In this document: in pieces, positions 47,844-57,945 of the stretch | Numbering within the stretch: position 1 is the stretch's first letter | How the letters are laid out: every line of letters starts with the position of its first letter | Source: Promethearchaeota archaeon | GTDB lineage: Archaea; Asgardarchaeota; Lokiarchaeia; Sigyniarchaeales; SOKP01 | Assembly (NCBI GenBank): GCA_048941285.1 | Contig: JBHLNS010000006.1 | Span: 1-64,000, forward strand | Length of the DNA: 64,000 bases | Direction of reading: 5' to 3' | Position numbers and translations under genes: made by a program | Notes under the pieces: generated by a model | Seen by the model: the letters and a program-made list of their open reading frames with translations, nothing else | Database searches by the model: none | What the model was told of the DNA's origin: nothing

Positions 47844-49178
47844 TTGTTTTTGAGATTGTTTTTTAAAAAATTTTACCTAAAAAAGAGGAAAGAAATTAAA
47901 ATGGAAATTGAACAAGTTTTTTTAAAACTTTTTGGGAGGAATCTCATAAGTTATAAAAAGCTTGAAAATGGCCAAGTAAAAGGTTCAGGGATTCTTAATC
48001 CCATCCTCGATAGATTTGTAGTATACCGTTTAATTTTTATGCTTCTATTACAAGCAAGTTTCTATAAACAATATAATAACATAGGGAAATGGAAAGGAAA
48101 GTATCAGGTAGCAAATACATTTGCTCCCCCAGTCGGAAGCAAACCAATGTTTCGTGCTTTAAAAGGATTAATAAAATCACAACTGATGCCTTATCCATTT
48201 CCATTAGCAATGACTTTCGCTGTTAGTTATAAATGTCAATGTAATTGTGTTCATTGCAGTGCTGGAAAGCATCTTAGGAAAGATAGGAAGGAACTTACCA
48301 CAGAAGAGGCGAAGAAACTAATAGATGAAGCTCAGGATTTAGGAGTATCTATTATTACTTTTACTGGAGGAGAGCCTTTATTACGTGAAGACATTTTCGA
48401 ACTTATTTCTTATGTAGATACCAAAAAAGCAATGCCAATGATGTTTACAAATGGAGAGTTTCTCACAGATGAAAATGTGGAGAAACTAGCGGATGCAGGT
48501 CTCTATTCAGTTTTTTTAAGTATAGATTCGCCTAATCCAGAAGAACATGATACTTTACGAAGAAGACCTGGGCTCTTCGAGATTGCAATCGAAGGTCTTT
48601 TAAAAGCTAAATCAAAAGGAATTTTTGTGGGATTTTCTAGTTATGCTACCCACACAGGTGCCGATCGAGGTATATATCAGCAGCTATATAAGTATGGGAA
48701 AGAATTAGGGGTTCAAAATATCTTACTTTTCGATTGTGTACCAACTGGAAAAATGTTACATGATACAAGTGAAATGTTAACATTTGAACAGAGGGAAGTG
48801 CTACATCAATTCTCTGCTGAAAAATTCAGAAACAGTGACCTACCGCCACTTTCGTCACAAAGTTGGCAAAATTCTGTAGAGGCATATTTATCGGGAATAG
48901 GATGTTTAGGAGGAAATATTCAGTTCTACGCTTCTGCTTATGGAGATATTTGTCCTTGTGATTTCGCTCCTCTTTCTTTTGGAAATGTTCGAAAAGAGTC
49001 ACTAAAAAAGATATGGATGCGAATGGTAAAACACCCCGCTTATAATCATCGAGTCCCATTCTGTAGAATGCAAAATCCAGGTTTCAGAAAGTATTACATT
49101 GATCCTATTCCTGATGATGCATATTTGCCTTACCCTATAAATAAACTTCCAAGCGTAGATTATCGGATAGAGAATTAG
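47844..49178 (+). CDS. Radical SAM/SPASM domain protein
   Basis: CQCNCVHC, TGGEPLLR, GC.GG...G.ICPC.F...FGNV...W. Start probably ATG at 47901. Confidence 0.88.
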   Translation: MFLRLFFKKFYLKKRKEIKMEIEQVFLKLFGRNLISYKKLENGQVKGSGILNPILDRFVVYRLIFMLLLQASFYKQYNNIGKWKGKYQVANTFAPPVGSKPMFRALKGLIKSQLMPYPFPLAMTFAVSYKCQCNCVHCSAGKHLRKDRKELTTEEAKKLIDEAQDLGVSIITFTGGEPLLREDIFELISYVDTKKAMPMMFTNGEFLTDENVEKLADAGLYSVFLSIDSPNPEEHDTLRRRPGLFEIAIEGLLKAKSKGIFVGFSSYATHTGADRGIYQQLYKYGKELGVQNILLFDCVPTGKMLHDTSEMLTFEQREVLHQFSAEKFRNSDLPPLSSQSWQNSVEAYLSGIGCLGGNIQFYASAYGDICPCDFAPLSFGNVRKESLKKIWMRMVKHPAYNHRVPFCRMQNPGFRKYYIDPIPDDAYLPYPINKLPSVDYRIEN

Positions 49179-49235
49179 TTTATTCTATTTTCCCTATACT
49201 TATATTTTTAAAAAAAAAAATTAAAATATATTTAT

Positions 49236-49961
49236 TTAATCCATTTTTAATAATTTTTTTACCCAGTTAGGTAATACTAACCCGATATAAAATTCAAGAG
49301 AGCTTGATAATAAGATTAACCTTGCTATAAGATATGTAATCGGTGTCGGTATTGCAAAATCTAATACTGTGCCAATAGTGAAAGAAATGAAAGCTATCAA
49401 GAGAAATTTGCCTTTCATGTGTATATCTAGTTCTTCAGAGCGAAGAGAAACTCTAGAAAAGGGTATACCAACTAGTAAAAAGACTATCAAACTAAATATA
49501 AAATATATTTGACTGGGGATAGACCACTCTAGAATAAAAATGTCTTCGAATGCTGCAATAAAAGACAAATCTATAAAGAGAAAGATAAAGAAGTAGATTT
49601 CGTATGCTATATTAGCACAGACATCGATAATAAAAAAGATTTTCTTATTCTTTTTATTTAGTGGTAATACTTTTAGAAAAGCAATGAGTCCTATAGTAAT
49701 TGTTATGGGTAAAAATGCAATACCTAAAACTACATATATTGCTATATTAATAGCTCCACCAGTTACAAGAACCATTATAAAAGTAATTATATTTGGCCAC
49801 CAAGGAGTTGTCATTCCAATCCAAAATATGCCAAATAACAGAAATTCATTTCTTTTAAGCTCAAAATATCTTGACACTATTCTTAATCCAAGTATAATTG
49901 ATATAACTACGAACAATATAGTTAGGCTTCCATGTAATACTTCTAATAGGTCTAAGACCAT
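49236..49961 (-). CDS. Hypothetical 7-TM membrane protein
   Basis: Seven hydrophobic segments; PWW and KGKFL motifs. Confidence 0.65.
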   Translation of the reverse strand: MVLDLLEVLHGSLTILFVVISIILGLRIVSRYFELKRNEFLLFGIFWIGMTTPWWPNIITFIMVLVTGGAINIAIYVVLGIAFLPITITIGLIAFLKVLPLNKKNKKIFFIIDVCANIAYEIYFFIFLFIDLSFIAAFEDIFILEWSIPSQIYFIFSLIVFLLVGIPFSRVSLRSEELDIHMKGKFLLIAFISFTIGTVLDFAIPTPITYLIARLILLSSSLEFYIGLVLPNWVKKLLKMD

Positions 49962-50142
49962 GCAAAATCACTGTAATTTAATTTTTTTGTTAAAAGTCAT
50001 TTTTTTAAATATAATCTTTATACAATAAAACCCTTAATATAGCTTTATTCACTGATTTTCCAATATTGTCAATAAGCTAAACAACGATTTATAATTAGGA
50101 ATTATAATTAGAATTAAATCTACAACAAGCATTATTTAAAAT

Positions 50143-50952
50143 ATGGATAGTGAAGATCAACATTTTGAGGTTTCAAAACTTAAGGATTATCTATATGTAA
50201 TAAAAGAAAATATCTCGTTAGTCCATCCTGTTTATACTAATGATCCTCTTAATATGTATTTACTTTTAGGATCTCATACAGCTCTTTTAATTGATACAGG
50301 ATGTGGCCTTTCACCTCTAAAACCAATCGTAGATAAGTTGGTAGGTGAGAAAAAACTTTTAGTTTTCAATACTCACTATCATTGGGATCACCCTCTAGGT
50401 AATGTGGAATTTAAAGAGGTATATATTCATGAAAATGAATTAGATATTGTTTCAAAACCTTATGATGTTTCATATTTTAAAGATTCTCCTAATAAAATTG
50501 TACGGATATATGCAGAACAGAATTTTTTAATCCCACCAGCCAAAATAGTTAGGCCCTTAAAAGATGGAGATAAGTTTAATTTGGGCGAAATAAAATTAAA
50601 AGTGATTCATTGTCCTGGCCATTCTCCTGGCTCTATATGCTTGTTAACATCATCAGGTGAGCTTTTTACTAGTGATGTTGCTTATTATGGAGATCAGTTC
50701 CTACCTAAAAAAGAGATGTTTCCTCAAGTTCTTAAAACTCTTTCTAAATTAATAGCGTTATGTGAAATGGAAAAAAATCTTGAACTTTATCCATCTCATA
50801 GAAAGTGTCCGTGTGATAAGACTCTTTTAACAGATTTATACAATGAAATTGAAAATATAGAGAATTTATGGGATACGAAAAAAGCCTTTGATTTCTTTGA
50901 AGCTTGGCAGATTGATGGTAATAAATTTAGATTCTTTATATCTCGAAGGTAA
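50143..50952 (+). CDS. MBL-fold metallo-hydrolase
   Basis: IDTG, THYHWDH, PGHSPGS, FTSD, PSH. Confidence 0.88.
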   Translation: MDSEDQHFEVSKLKDYLYVIKENISLVHPVYTNDPLNMYLLLGSHTALLIDTGCGLSPLKPIVDKLVGEKKLLVFNTHYHWDHPLGNVEFKEVYIHENELDIVSKPYDVSYFKDSPNKIVRIYAEQNFLIPPAKIVRPLKDGDKFNLGEIKLKVIHCPGHSPGSICLLTSSGELFTSDVAYYGDQFLPKKEMFPQVLKTLSKLIALCEMEKNLELYPSHRKCPCDKTLLTDLYNEIENIENLWDTKKAFDFFEAWQIDGNKFRFFISRR

Positions 50953-51110
50953 AATATATCTTTTCTATTATAATTCTATATTTTATAATACAAATCCTAA
51001 AATAATCAAAAAATTTTTTTTAAACTCATAAAGATATTATAAGATTCTTTTAAAATCTTGAAATATGAAAACGCTAATAGTAAAAAAGTTAAATATAAAA
51101 GTGTATTATT

Positions 51111-52619
51111 ATGGAAGATGTTTCAGAATTTTCTGTAATGAAAGAAGGTATAAATTATAAATATTATTTAAATGGGCAATGGCAAAAATCAACTTCAGAT
51201 AAAGTAATACCTGTTTATAATCCATATAATCATGAACTAATTGGAAACATACAAGCTTGTACAAAGAATGAGGTAGATGAACTTATACAAGCAGCTCATG
51301 AAAATATCAATTGTTGGGACAACATACCTTTAAATAAGCGAGCGGATATTTTAAATAAAGCAGCTGATTTAATGTTAAAGTGGTCAAAATCTTTAGGCTT
51401 TTTATTAATGAAGGAGATAGGAAAACCAATTAATAGTGCAATATCTGAAATTATCCGAACAGCAGAAATTTTTAAAGCAACTGCAGATTCAAGCTTGCAG
51501 GTATCAGGTGAAACAATTTTAGGTGACGCTTTTGAAGGTTATACGAAAGAAAAAGTATCTATGACATATAGAGTTCCATTAGGAGTTGTTTTATGTATAG
51601 GGCCATTTAATTACCCATTTAATTTAACTGGTTCTAAAATTGCTCCAGCACTTATTGCAGGGAATACTGTGGTAATGAAACCTCCAACTCAAGGGCCTAT
51701 AACCGCCCTTCATTTTGGAATTATTTTGGAAAAAGCCGGTGTACCTCCTGGAGCATTTCACATCATAACCGGCCGTGGATCAGAGATTGGAGATTATTTA
51801 GTTAGTCATCCTTTGATAGATATGATTAATTTCACTGGATCTTCTGAAACTGGGAAAAGTTTAGCAAAAGTTGCAGGGATGAAACCTTTATTACTTGAAT
51901 TAGGAGGAAAAGACGCTGCAATAGTGTTAGACGATGCTGATTTAGAAATTACTGTACAAGCAATAGTTTCAGGCGCTTTTTCTTATAGCGGGCAACGTTG
52001 TACTGCCGTAAAACGAGTATTACCAATGCCTGGTATAGCTAATAAATTAATTGAAAAAGTAACAAAAGAAACTCTTAAGTTATCAGTAGGAGATCCAGCA
52101 GAAAACAAAACAATTGGACCACTTATAAGTTCAGAACAATGTAATTATGTTGAAGGTTTAATAAACGATGCAATTGATAAGGGAGCAACCTTAAAATGTG
52201 GAAATAAACGCGAAGGTAATATTATCTGGCCTACAATTTTAGATAATGTTAATACTAATATGAGGATCGCTTGGGAAGAACCTTTCGGACCAGTGCTTCC
52301 TTTTATTCGTATTAAAAGTGCTGAAGAAGCTATAGAAATTTCAAATAAATCAGAATATGGCCTTCAAGGAATGATTTTTACAAATGATATTGATCTTGCA
52401 TTTAATATTGCACAAGAATTAGAGGTCGGAACTGTTCAAATTAACGGGAAGAGTGCTCGTGGTCCAGATCATTTTCCTTTTTTAGGAACCAAATCTTCTG
52501 GTCTAGGTACTCAAGGTATAAGATATTCTATCGAAGCTATGAGCCGCCCCAAAGTGGTAGTTATCAATCTTTCTGAAAAGGGAAAATTAGTAAAACAATG
52601 TTTTTCTCCAAATGAATAG
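51111..52619 (+). CDS. gapN: Non-phosphorylating NADP-dependent glyceraldehyde-3-phosphate dehydrogenase
   Basis: PFNYP.NL.GSKIAPAL, KPPTQG, ELGGKD, YSGQRCTAVKR, IAWEEPFGP, RGPDHFPF. Confidence 0.88.
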   Translation: MEDVSEFSVMKEGINYKYYLNGQWQKSTSDKVIPVYNPYNHELIGNIQACTKNEVDELIQAAHENINCWDNIPLNKRADILNKAADLMLKWSKSLGFLLMKEIGKPINSAISEIIRTAEIFKATADSSLQVSGETILGDAFEGYTKEKVSMTYRVPLGVVLCIGPFNYPFNLTGSKIAPALIAGNTVVMKPPTQGPITALHFGIILEKAGVPPGAFHIITGRGSEIGDYLVSHPLIDMINFTGSSETGKSLAKVAGMKPLLLELGGKDAAIVLDDADLEITVQAIVSGAFSYSGQRCTAVKRVLPMPGIANKLIEKVTKETLKLSVGDPAENKTIGPLISSEQCNYVEGLINDAIDKGATLKCGNKREGNIIWPTILDNVNTNMRIAWEEPFGPVLPFIRIKSAEEAIEISNKSEYGLQGMIFTNDIDLAFNIAQELEVGTVQINGKSARGPDHFPFLGTKSSGLGTQGIRYSIEAMSRPKVVVINLSEKGKLVKQCFSPNE

Positions 52620-52845
52620 ATTAAGTTTCGAGCCGAAAATGAATTAAATTGAATGAAATTATGAACTTCTCAAATCTTTGAAAATAAAAATATTTAATAG
52701 GTAAGGATTTTCAAAGTTATAGATATCTTGGTAATTTTTACTAATCTTGAATGAATCCTCCAAAATCACCTTTAAGAAACATAATTTTTTCTGAAAATTT
52801 AAAAAAAGAGAAAGATAATGAATTTAATAAAAACACAATAAAAAA

Positions 52846-53037
52846 ATGATTCCAAGAAAAATTATTGAAGGATTAGTAGACAATTATGTTTATGTCTACA
52901 TTAAAAATTTAGGTAAAGAATTTGCTGGAAAAATTAATTCTATAACTGATTCGGATATAGTTGTTTTAGAAGATAAAAATGAGAATCTCTCTTATATTCC
53001 AATTTCAGAAATAACTGTCATTACTGAACGAAGATAA
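52846..53037 (+). CDS. Small Sm/LSm(Hfq)-like beta-barrel protein
   Basis: Helix, then V.VYI...KEFAGKI..I...IVVL...SYIPISEI.VI pattern typical of the Sm fold. Confidence 0.5.
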   Translation: MIPRKIIEGLVDNYVYVYIKNLGKEFAGKINSITDSDIVVLEDKNENLSYIPISEITVITERR

Positions 53038-53167
53038 CTGTTAAATTTTCATTAACAAACCAATAATTACGATAGAATTGTTCTATTAAAAACAAAAAAA
53101 TTACCATGTTAATTATATATTAAAATCATTTGAAAATTATTTATAACGTGAAATATGAGATATTAAT

Positions 53168-54613
53168 ATGGTAATTAGTATAATCATAATTTTAGGATGT
53201 TTTATTGCTGTAATTATTTTAATAATCACTAATAAACTAAATAGAGCCATCTCTTCATTACTAGCTGCAATTATTACTTACTTCGTCCTTATTTTTATTG
53301 AGGGTAAGGATTTTTCTATAATAGTTGAGTTACTATTTGGATCTCCCACTGAAGGATTTGTTAACTTGCATTCTTTAATTATGATAATTGGTACAATGAT
53401 GATTGTACAAATTGCTCATGAAGCTGGTTCATTCCAATTTATTGCTGGTAAATTAATTAAATTATCAAGAGGAAAACCTATTGCTTTAATGGTAATATTT
53501 TGTGCAGTGACGGTCTTTATTTCTGCTATTTTAAACAACATTTTAACAGTCATTATAATTATTCCTCTAACGATTACAGTTTCAAGAATTTTAAATATAA
53601 ATCCATCTCCTTATATATTAACCCAAGCAGTATTAGTAAATGTTGGAGGAACGGTCTTTTCAATTTCCTCTATTCCAAACATTTTAATTACAACTTACGC
53701 GGGAATAGAATTCTTAGAATTCTTCATTAACGTAGGGCTAATCTCCTTTATTATTTTTATATTTACTCTCCTTTTTTTCATTTTAATTTATAAAAAGGAA
53801 TTAACAATACCGGAAGAAGGTCAAAAAGCATTAAAAGAATTTGATGTTTGGAATGTTGTTCAAAATAAAAGATTATTATATCAATCATTATTTTCTTTAA
53901 TCATCTTATTAATTTTACTCACTCTTATTCCTTCTTCATTAATTTCTCCAGATATCATTGCATTAACTATTGCCATTATTTTAATTGTTATAACGAGATT
54001 AGACCCTAAAGAAATTATAAATAAGATAGATTTTGAGTTGCTATTCTATCTATTGGGTATTTTTATAATTGTTGGAGGGCTTGAGGTAACAAGAGCAACG
54101 GAAGCCTTGGGAACTTTTATTTTAAATATTGGTGGAAGTAATCTTTTTTTTCAGATTCTTATAGTACTATGGTTTTCAGCTTATTTAAGTAGTTGCATTG
54201 ATAATATCCCAATAACTAAAGTATTAATTCCAGTTGCAAATACAATGACAGAAACCGCTTCAATATTTAATAGAAAACAAATTTTTTATAGCCTTGCATT
54301 TGGAGCAAATTGGGGAGATAATTTGACACCATTAGGAGACAATATTCTTGTTGTGAATATTGCCGAAAAAAACAAGCGTCCTATAAGTTTTAAATCATTT
54401 TTCAAATTAGGATTTGTTACAACGAATTATCAATTATTAATTATTTCAATTTATTATTGTTTAATTTTTTATTTACAAATAGGCATTATTATTTTAGCGA
54501 TTGTGGGTTTATTTTTAATAGTAATCTATTGTTTGAATAAATTTGGTTCTAAAAATATTAAATCACGTATGAATAATTTTAGTACTAAACTAAGAGAAAT
54601 AATAATAAGGTGA
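53168..54613 (+). CDS. ArsB/NhaD/SLC13 (P-protein-like) ion transporter
   Basis: SAILNN, N.GG..SI...PNILI, SS.IDNIP, GANWG.NLTP.G; about 12 TM. Confidence 0.85.
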   Translation: MVISIIIILGCFIAVIILIITNKLNRAISSLLAAIITYFVLIFIEGKDFSIIVELLFGSPTEGFVNLHSLIMIIGTMMIVQIAHEAGSFQFIAGKLIKLSRGKPIALMVIFCAVTVFISAILNNILTVIIIIPLTITVSRILNINPSPYILTQAVLVNVGGTVFSISSIPNILITTYAGIEFLEFFINVGLISFIIFIFTLLFFILIYKKELTIPEEGQKALKEFDVWNVVQNKRLLYQSLFSLIILLILLTLIPSSLISPDIIALTIAIILIVITRLDPKEIINKIDFELLFYLLGIFIIVGGLEVTRATEALGTFILNIGGSNLFFQILIVLWFSAYLSSCIDNIPITKVLIPVANTMTETASIFNRKQIFYSLAFGANWGDNLTPLGDNILVVNIAEKNKRPISFKSFFKLGFVTTNYQLLIISIYYCLIFYLQIGIIILAIVGLFLIVIYCLNKFGSKNIKSRMNNFSTKLREIIIR

Positions 54614-54620
54614 TTATTAG

Positions 54621-55259
54621 TTGGTTTTTAAAAATATTTTAAGAATAAAAGCAGCTTTACCAGAAGTTAAACATATTGCTATGTTCTATAATAGTGGTAT
54701 AATTTTTCAAACTACGTTTGAGCAAGAAACTAATATTCCTAAATTAGGCGAGAATTTAGCAGAAATTTTAAATCATGCGAGAAAGCTATATGATATCTCC
54801 AATTATAGTTTTGAAAATTATAAAAAAATTATTTTTGAAACTGATGATATTTCAATTATTATTTTAAAACTTGGTGAAGATAGTAATATTGCTCTGTTTT
54901 TCAAGAAAGAGGAAGAAAAAGAACTAAAAATAACAACAATAAAACGATATATGACAAGAATCGAAGAAATAATTGATATGGATGAAAAAGAACTGATAAT
55001 ACAAGAAATATTATTGAAAGAAGAGGAAATTAAACGCTTAAGGGAATTACTCAGTGAGAGAGAAAATAAGATCGAACAATTAAATATAGAATTAAGTAAT
55101 ATAGAGAAAGCGGTAATTGAGGGAGATAGTAAAAAGATTAATACGGAATTAAATGACCTAAGTCTTGAAAGTGTAAATTTGAAACAAGAATTAGAAAAAA
55201 AAAGTAATGAAATCGAGCATTTAAAAGAAAAAATAGAAAAAAGCCATAAAAAAGAATAA
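54621..55259 (+). CDS. Roadblock/LC7-like domain fused to a C-terminal coiled coil
   Basis: Residues ~1-118 show an alpha-beta-beta-alpha-beta-beta-beta-alpha pattern (IAMFYNSGIIF, IIFETDDISIIILKLG..SNIALFF), then ~90 aa of heptads. Confidence 0.6.
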   Translation: MVFKNILRIKAALPEVKHIAMFYNSGIIFQTTFEQETNIPKLGENLAEILNHARKLYDISNYSFENYKKIIFETDDISIIILKLGEDSNIALFFKKEEEKELKITTIKRYMTRIEEIIDMDEKELIIQEILLKEEEIKRLRELLSERENKIEQLNIELSNIEKAVIEGDSKKINTELNDLSLESVNLKQELEKKSNEIEHLKEKIEKSHKKE

Positions 55260-55286
55260 AATGCTTACCTAATTTTTCTAAAATAA

Positions 55287-55472
55287 TTATAGGGTAAATC
55301 CTAAGATTAAGGGAATTAAAAAAATTATCACCAGACATATAATAGTAAGAATGATAAAAGACTCATTTGATTCTTTATTCAACTGTTCTCTAAATATATA
55401 TATCAATAATATTAAAGATATAATAAACGCTCCATATACAAGCACAATTAATATCATTAGGTTATTTAGCAC
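55287..55472 (-). CDS. Small 2-TM membrane protein
   Basis: Two hydrophobic helices; co-oriented downstream of 55541-56197. Confidence 0.5.
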   Translation of the reverse strand: MLNNLMILIVLVYGAFIISLILLIYIFREQLNKESNESFIILTIICLVIIFLIPLILGFTL

Positions 55473-55540
55473 TTTACTTATTCTATTTTCATTTTAATTC
55501 GATTTTAAAAATTAAAAAAAAAAATTATCTCCTTAATTTT

Positions 55541-56197
55541 TTAAGAACTTGGTTCTAAAGGTCTAACCTTTTCACGTTCATTTAATTTTTCTGATAGATC
55601 TTTCTTAAGATCAGCTAATTTGTTCTGTTTTTCAACTATTTTTTTATTCAAATCTAGGGCATCGGTTTCAATCTTGGTTAAGTACTTCTGAATTCTATGA
55701 TATGCTTCTTCTGCTTTAGAGATTTTCTCACCAGGTGCATTATTATTAACTAATTTTACATAAACCATAATTCTTTTTGCTAAATTAGCTCTTTCTTTAG
55801 CCTCATCAAGCTTCTTATTAGCAATTTTAACTCTTACTTCAGTAATTTCAGTTTCAACATTTGCAATCTTTTTTTGAATATCAGCTATTTCTGTTTGAAT
55901 TTTAGCAACTTCTTGGTTGTATCTCGCTTGTACTCTTTCCGCTTTTAAAAGATCATCACCTATTTTTAAAAGATCTTTCACTTTCTCTTTTTTTTCAACT
56001 AATTTCTTACTTCTTTCTGCCAATCTCTCTCGAACTTTTGCTACTTCAATTTCATTCCTAGCAAGCATTTCTCTGGCTTTAGCCCTTTTTACAGATTGCT
56101 TAGCTAATTCTTTCATTTCACTAGCAGATTCTTTTTCAATTTTGGCTAAATTTGAATTTTCTTCAGCTATCTTTTCAATATTTTTAACTTCTTCCAT
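55541..56197 (-). CDS. All-helical coiled-coil protein (paralog A)
   Basis: Continuous heptads; shares IEK..E.N, KARE.L, YN..[VI]AK, NLAK, YVK, LA.LKK.LS.KL.EREK.R with 57229-57897. Confidence 0.75.
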   Translation of the reverse strand: MEEVKNIEKIAEENSNLAKIEKESASEMKELAKQSVKRAKAREMLARNEIEVAKVRERLAERSKKLVEKKEKVKDLLKIGDDLLKAERVQARYNQEVAKIQTEIADIQKKIANVETEITEVRVKIANKKLDEAKERANLAKRIMVYVKLVNNNAPGEKISKAEEAYHRIQKYLTKIETDALDLNKKIVEKQNKLADLKKDLSEKLNEREKVRPLEPSS

Positions 56198-56242
56198 ATT
56201 CTCATCTCTTTTTTTATTTATTTTACTATAATTTTATTTATT

Positions 56243-56416
56243 CTAACTATATATCTCGTTAAAATTATCTAAATCTTCTTTTTCTTCCTCATCTTCATAA
56301 TCCCAATCATCTTCTTCGTCAGAATCATCATCTTCGTAATAACCATCATTTTCATTACCATAATCATCATTTTCATAATCATATTTCTTCTTATTTTCTT
56401 TCGGGTCCCCTTCCAT
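56243..56416 (-). CDS. 57-aa highly acidic, aromatic-rich disordered protein, missed by the track
   Basis: AGGAGGT SD then ATG; MEGDPKENKKKYDYENDDYGNENDGYYEDDDSDEEDDWDYEDEEEKEDLDNFNEIYS. Confidence 0.7.
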   Translation of the reverse strand: MEGDPKENKKKYDYENDDYGNENDGYYEDDDSDEEDDWDYEDEEEKEDLDNFNEIYS

Positions 56417-56591
56417 TAAGTTAATTACCTCCTATATTTTGTTGGTTAGTGTTTGTTATTTTTTAATTGTTGCATAGTATTTAAATGTTTTCATATGAAA
56501 ACAAATCCATCTATCGACAACTTTATATACTTTGATATCATCATTTTATTAAAAAAAAGAGAATCAAACTGGAAAAAAGGCTATATTTAAT

Positions 56592-57161
56592 ATGGCAAAT
56601 AAAGAAATGAAGAAAACTAGCAATTTTCTTGGATTTAGGCTTTCAGAAGAAATAATTGAGAAATTAGAACTAATTGCAAAACAAGAGAATAAGACGCGTG
56701 GTTTGGTTGCTAAAGATGCTATTGAGCAATGGCTAAATTTAGAATTATTAAATCAAACTAACCAAATGATTATGATATCCAAATCGATTTTTTCAAAAAT
56801 TCTCTCTAAATTAGATGCACAAACTTTAAATATAATAGCTAAAGATTTTGCTGATTTATTTTCAGATCTAATGAAGTTTTCAACAGCAAAACCAATGAAT
56901 GAAGAAACCTTGAGATCTTATACTGCTTTTTTAATTAATTTTTTTGGCAAAAATGGATTGAAATGGTTTAATACACTTGATATTCAGACCAGGGAAAACT
57001 CTTTCATATTTAGAGGTTTGCACGATATGGACGAGGTCTATTCCAATTTTTTCACAGAATTTTATAAATATCTCCTATCTAAATATTTTGAACTAGAATT
57101 TACAACAAAAATAGAGGAAAAAACATCTAATTTAATCCATTTAGAATTTAAAATTAATTAG
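56592..57161 (+). CDS. Ribbon-helix-helix (CopG-like) regulator with C-terminal domain
   Basis: FLGFRLSEEIIEKLELIAKQENKTRGLVAKDAIEQWL RHH pattern. Confidence 0.65.
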   Translation: MANKEMKKTSNFLGFRLSEEIIEKLELIAKQENKTRGLVAKDAIEQWLNLELLNQTNQMIMISKSIFSKILSKLDAQTLNIIAKDFADLFSDLMKFSTAKPMNEETLRSYTAFLINFFGKNGLKWFNTLDIQTRENSFIFRGLHDMDEVYSNFFTEFYKYLLSKYFELEFTTKIEEKTSNLIHLEFKIN

Positions 57162-57228
57162 AATTTTAAAATTCAAGAAAAATTTAATAAAGGATGAGCT
57201 CATAAAAATTAAAACAAGGTAAAAAATT

Positions 57229-57897
57229 ATGGAAGATTTAATTATTATAGAGAAAGAAGCTGAAAACAATTTGAAAATAGCGCAATTTGAAAAAGAACTA
57301 GCCCAAAAATCAAAAATAAATGCTCTAGCTGAAATTAAAAAATCAAAAGCAAGAGAAACTCTATACAAACTTGAATATGAAATTGCTGACATAAAAAAAG
57401 AATTAGCTGAAAAGAGAAGTGTATTAGCAACCGAAAAATCAGAAATTAAAAAAAATCAAATTTTAGATTTTTCAGAAGAAGAATTAAAAAATGAAAAAGA
57501 TTATGCCAATTACAACAAAAATATAGCAAAAAGTCAAAAAGAGATTGCTGAGGTTCATAAGAAAATTGCTTCAGTTGAGAAGCAAATAGCTGAACAAAAA
57601 TTAAAATTGTCTAAGGAAAAATTAGATGTAGCAAAAGCGCGACAAAATTTGGCTAAGAAACAAACGATATATGTTAAAGTAGCTCGAAGAACTAATTCAG
57701 AAAGTAAAATTTTGAAAGCTAAAAATAATTTCGAGGGTCACAAAAAAAATCTTTTAAAACAAAAGAATGACGTTTTGGAAAAGGAAAAGGATATTAAGAA
57801 AAAAGAAAATAATCTAGCAGAATTAAAAAAGGAACTTTCCTTAAAATTGGCAGAAAGGGAGAAAATAAGACACCCCGGAGTTATATTAGCCGAATAA
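57229..57897 (+). CDS. All-helical coiled-coil protein (paralog B)
   Basis: Full-length collinear similarity to 55541-56197. Confidence 0.75.
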   Translation: MEDLIIIEKEAENNLKIAQFEKELAQKSKINALAEIKKSKARETLYKLEYEIADIKKELAEKRSVLATEKSEIKKNQILDFSEEELKNEKDYANYNKNIAKSQKEIAEVHKKIASVEKQIAEQKLKLSKEKLDVAKARQNLAKKQTIYVKVARRTNSESKILKAKNNFEGHKKNLLKQKNDVLEKEKDIKKKENNLAELKKELSLKLAEREKIRHPGVILAE

Positions 57898-57945
57898 ACT
57901 TTTTTTCTCTAATTATATAGTAAATTAATTAAAGGGTTTAAGGAA

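Noticed and set aside
55541-57897. Coiled-coil pair as SMC/Rad50 fragments or firm ESCRT-III/PspA
   Set aside because: No Walker motifs, hinge or hook, and no recognisable Snf7/PspA signature; left as unassigned three-helix candidates.
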